From: Dehalococcoidia bacterium
GTDB taxonomy: Bacteria > Chloroflexota > Dehalococcoidia > UBA2979
NCBI GenBank assembly: GCA_965219085.1
Contig: OZ244720.1
Span: 1,568,001-1,632,000 of the forward strand
DNA: 64,000 nucleotides
Direction of reading: 5' to 3'
The translations under genes were made by a program, and so were the position numbers. A model generated the notes under the pieces. The model saw only the letters and a list, made by a program, of their open reading frames with translations. It did not search any database and was not told where the DNA came from. Shown one piece after another: positions 62,911-64,000 of this stretch. Each line of letters starts with the position of its first letter. The stretch's first letter is position 1.

Positions 62911-64000
62911 CTATGTCCGCACCTGGCCGGTGCCGAGCACCACCCACTTGTAGGAGGTCAGTTCGCGCAGGCCCATGGGGCCGCGGGCGTGCATCTTCTG
63001 CGTCGAGATGCCGACCTCGCAGCCGAGCCCGAACTGGCCGCCGTCGTTGAAGTACGTCGAGGCGTTCACGAACACCGCCGAGGCGTCGGCCTCGCGCTGG
63101 AAGCGCTGTGCGGCGGCGTACGAGTCCGTCACGATCGCCTCGGAGTGCCCGCTGCCGTGGACCTCGATGTGGTCGAGCGCCTCGTCCAGCGAGTCGACGA
63201 TGCGCACCGAGCAGTCGAGCGACAGCCACTCGCGGTCGTAGTCGTCGAGTTCGACGGGGAGCGACGGCGCACCGTCGCCGACGAGGGGCGCGGCGCGGTC
63301 GTCGACGTGGAGCGTGACGCCGCGCTCGCCGAGCGCGCGGGCGACGCGCGGCACGAACGCCGCGGCGACGCTCGAGTGGACGAGCAGCGTGTCCATCGCA
63401 TTGCACACCGAGGGGCGCTGCGTCTTGGCGTTGACGGCGATGCGCTCCGCCATGACCAGCTCGGCCTCGGCGTCGACGTAGGTGTGGCAGACGCCGATAC
63501 CGCCGGCGACGACGGGCATCTTCGCCTCGTCGCGGACGCGGCGGATCAGGTCCGCGCCGCCGCGCGGCACCATGAGGTCGATGGACTCGGCGGCGCGCAG
63601 CATCGCGCCGACCTCGGAGCGGTCGGTGGACTGGATGAACTCGACGCAGTGCTCGGGCAGCCCGGCGGCGGCGGTCTCGCGCTGCAGGATCGCGGCGAGC
63701 GCGGCCGAGGTGGCGTGCGCGTCGGTGCCGGAGCGCAGCAGCACGCCGTTGCCCGACTTGAGGCACACCGCCGCGATGTCGACCGTCACGTTCGGGCGCG
63801 ACTCGTAGATGGCCCCGATGACGCCGAGCGGCACGCGCATGCGGCCGATCTGCAGCCCGTTCGGCCGCGTCGTCATCTCCTCGACCTCGCCGACGGGATC
63901 GGGCAGCGCCGCGACCGCGCGCACGTCGTGCGCGATGCCGGCGATGCGGTCCGGCGTGAGCGTCATGCGGTCGAGGAAGGCGTCGGTCAGGCCGTTGGCG
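62911..64000 (-). CDS. proA: Gamma-glutamyl phosphate reductase (5' part outside the window)
   Basis: DRMTLT, RVPLGVIG.IYESRPNVT, CLKSGN, CNAMDTLL, VNAST.F.DGGQFG.G.E.GISTQK.HARGPMGL. Confidence 0.96.
   Translation of the reverse strand, partial: ANGLTDAFLDRMTLTPDRIAGIAHDVRAVAALPDPVGEVEEMTTRPNGLQIGRMRVPLGVIGAIYESRPNVTVDIAAVCLKSGNGVLLRSGTDAHATSAALAAILQRETAAAGLPEHCVEFIQSTDRSEVGAMLRAAESIDLMVPRGGADLIRRVRDEAKMPVVAGGIGVCHTYVDAEAELVMAERIAVNAKTQRPSVCNAMDTLLVHSSVAAAFVPRVARALGERGVTLHVDDRAAPLVGDGAPSLPVELDDYDREWLSLDCSVRIVDSLDEALDHIEVHGSGHSEAIVTDSYAAAQRFQREADASAVFVNASTYFNDGGQFGLGCEVGISTQKMHARGPMGLRELTSYKWVVLGTGQVRT

Overview
High-GC bacterial chromosomal window, most consistent with Chloroflexota/Dehalococcoidia. 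This is inferred from the 11-subunit nuoABCDHIJKLMN operon without nuoEFG, large lineage-type insertions in RpoB/RpoC, GAAC-N4-GTTC LexA boxes, and F420-type LLM and acyl-CoA dehydrogenase genes. Eukaryote-like LRR, Fn3 and RCC1 modules hint at a host-associated (e.g. sponge) lifestyle. Core genes are secA (partial), prs, valS, the nuo operon, two glutamine synthetases with a GlnR-like regulator, rpoB/rpoC, a split transketolase and proA (partial). Accessory content includes two VapBC modules, a DUF3800 cassette flanked by a duplicated glnA 3' end, an IS3/IS21 chimeric remnant, a frameshifted type IIG/ISP-like R-M gene and tandem LuxR-TM-LRR genes. Most notable signals: (1) a sulfurtransferase whose catalytic Cys codon is UGA followed by a SECIS-like hairpin (selenoprotein missed by the ORF track); (2) a DUF3800 RNase H-like gene with a structured 3' RNA, sitting between two synonymously diverged copies of the glnA 3' end; (3) two membrane-tethered LuxR regulators with plant-type LRR ectodomains, variable tips and coupled partner genes; (4) a stand-alone class II RNR-type Zn-finger gene behind two LexA boxes; (5) a leaderless Val(GTA)-containing uORF/attenuator candidate before valS; (6) GlnR-box arrays before both glnA genes. 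All calls come from reading the sequence by eye; no database searches were run.
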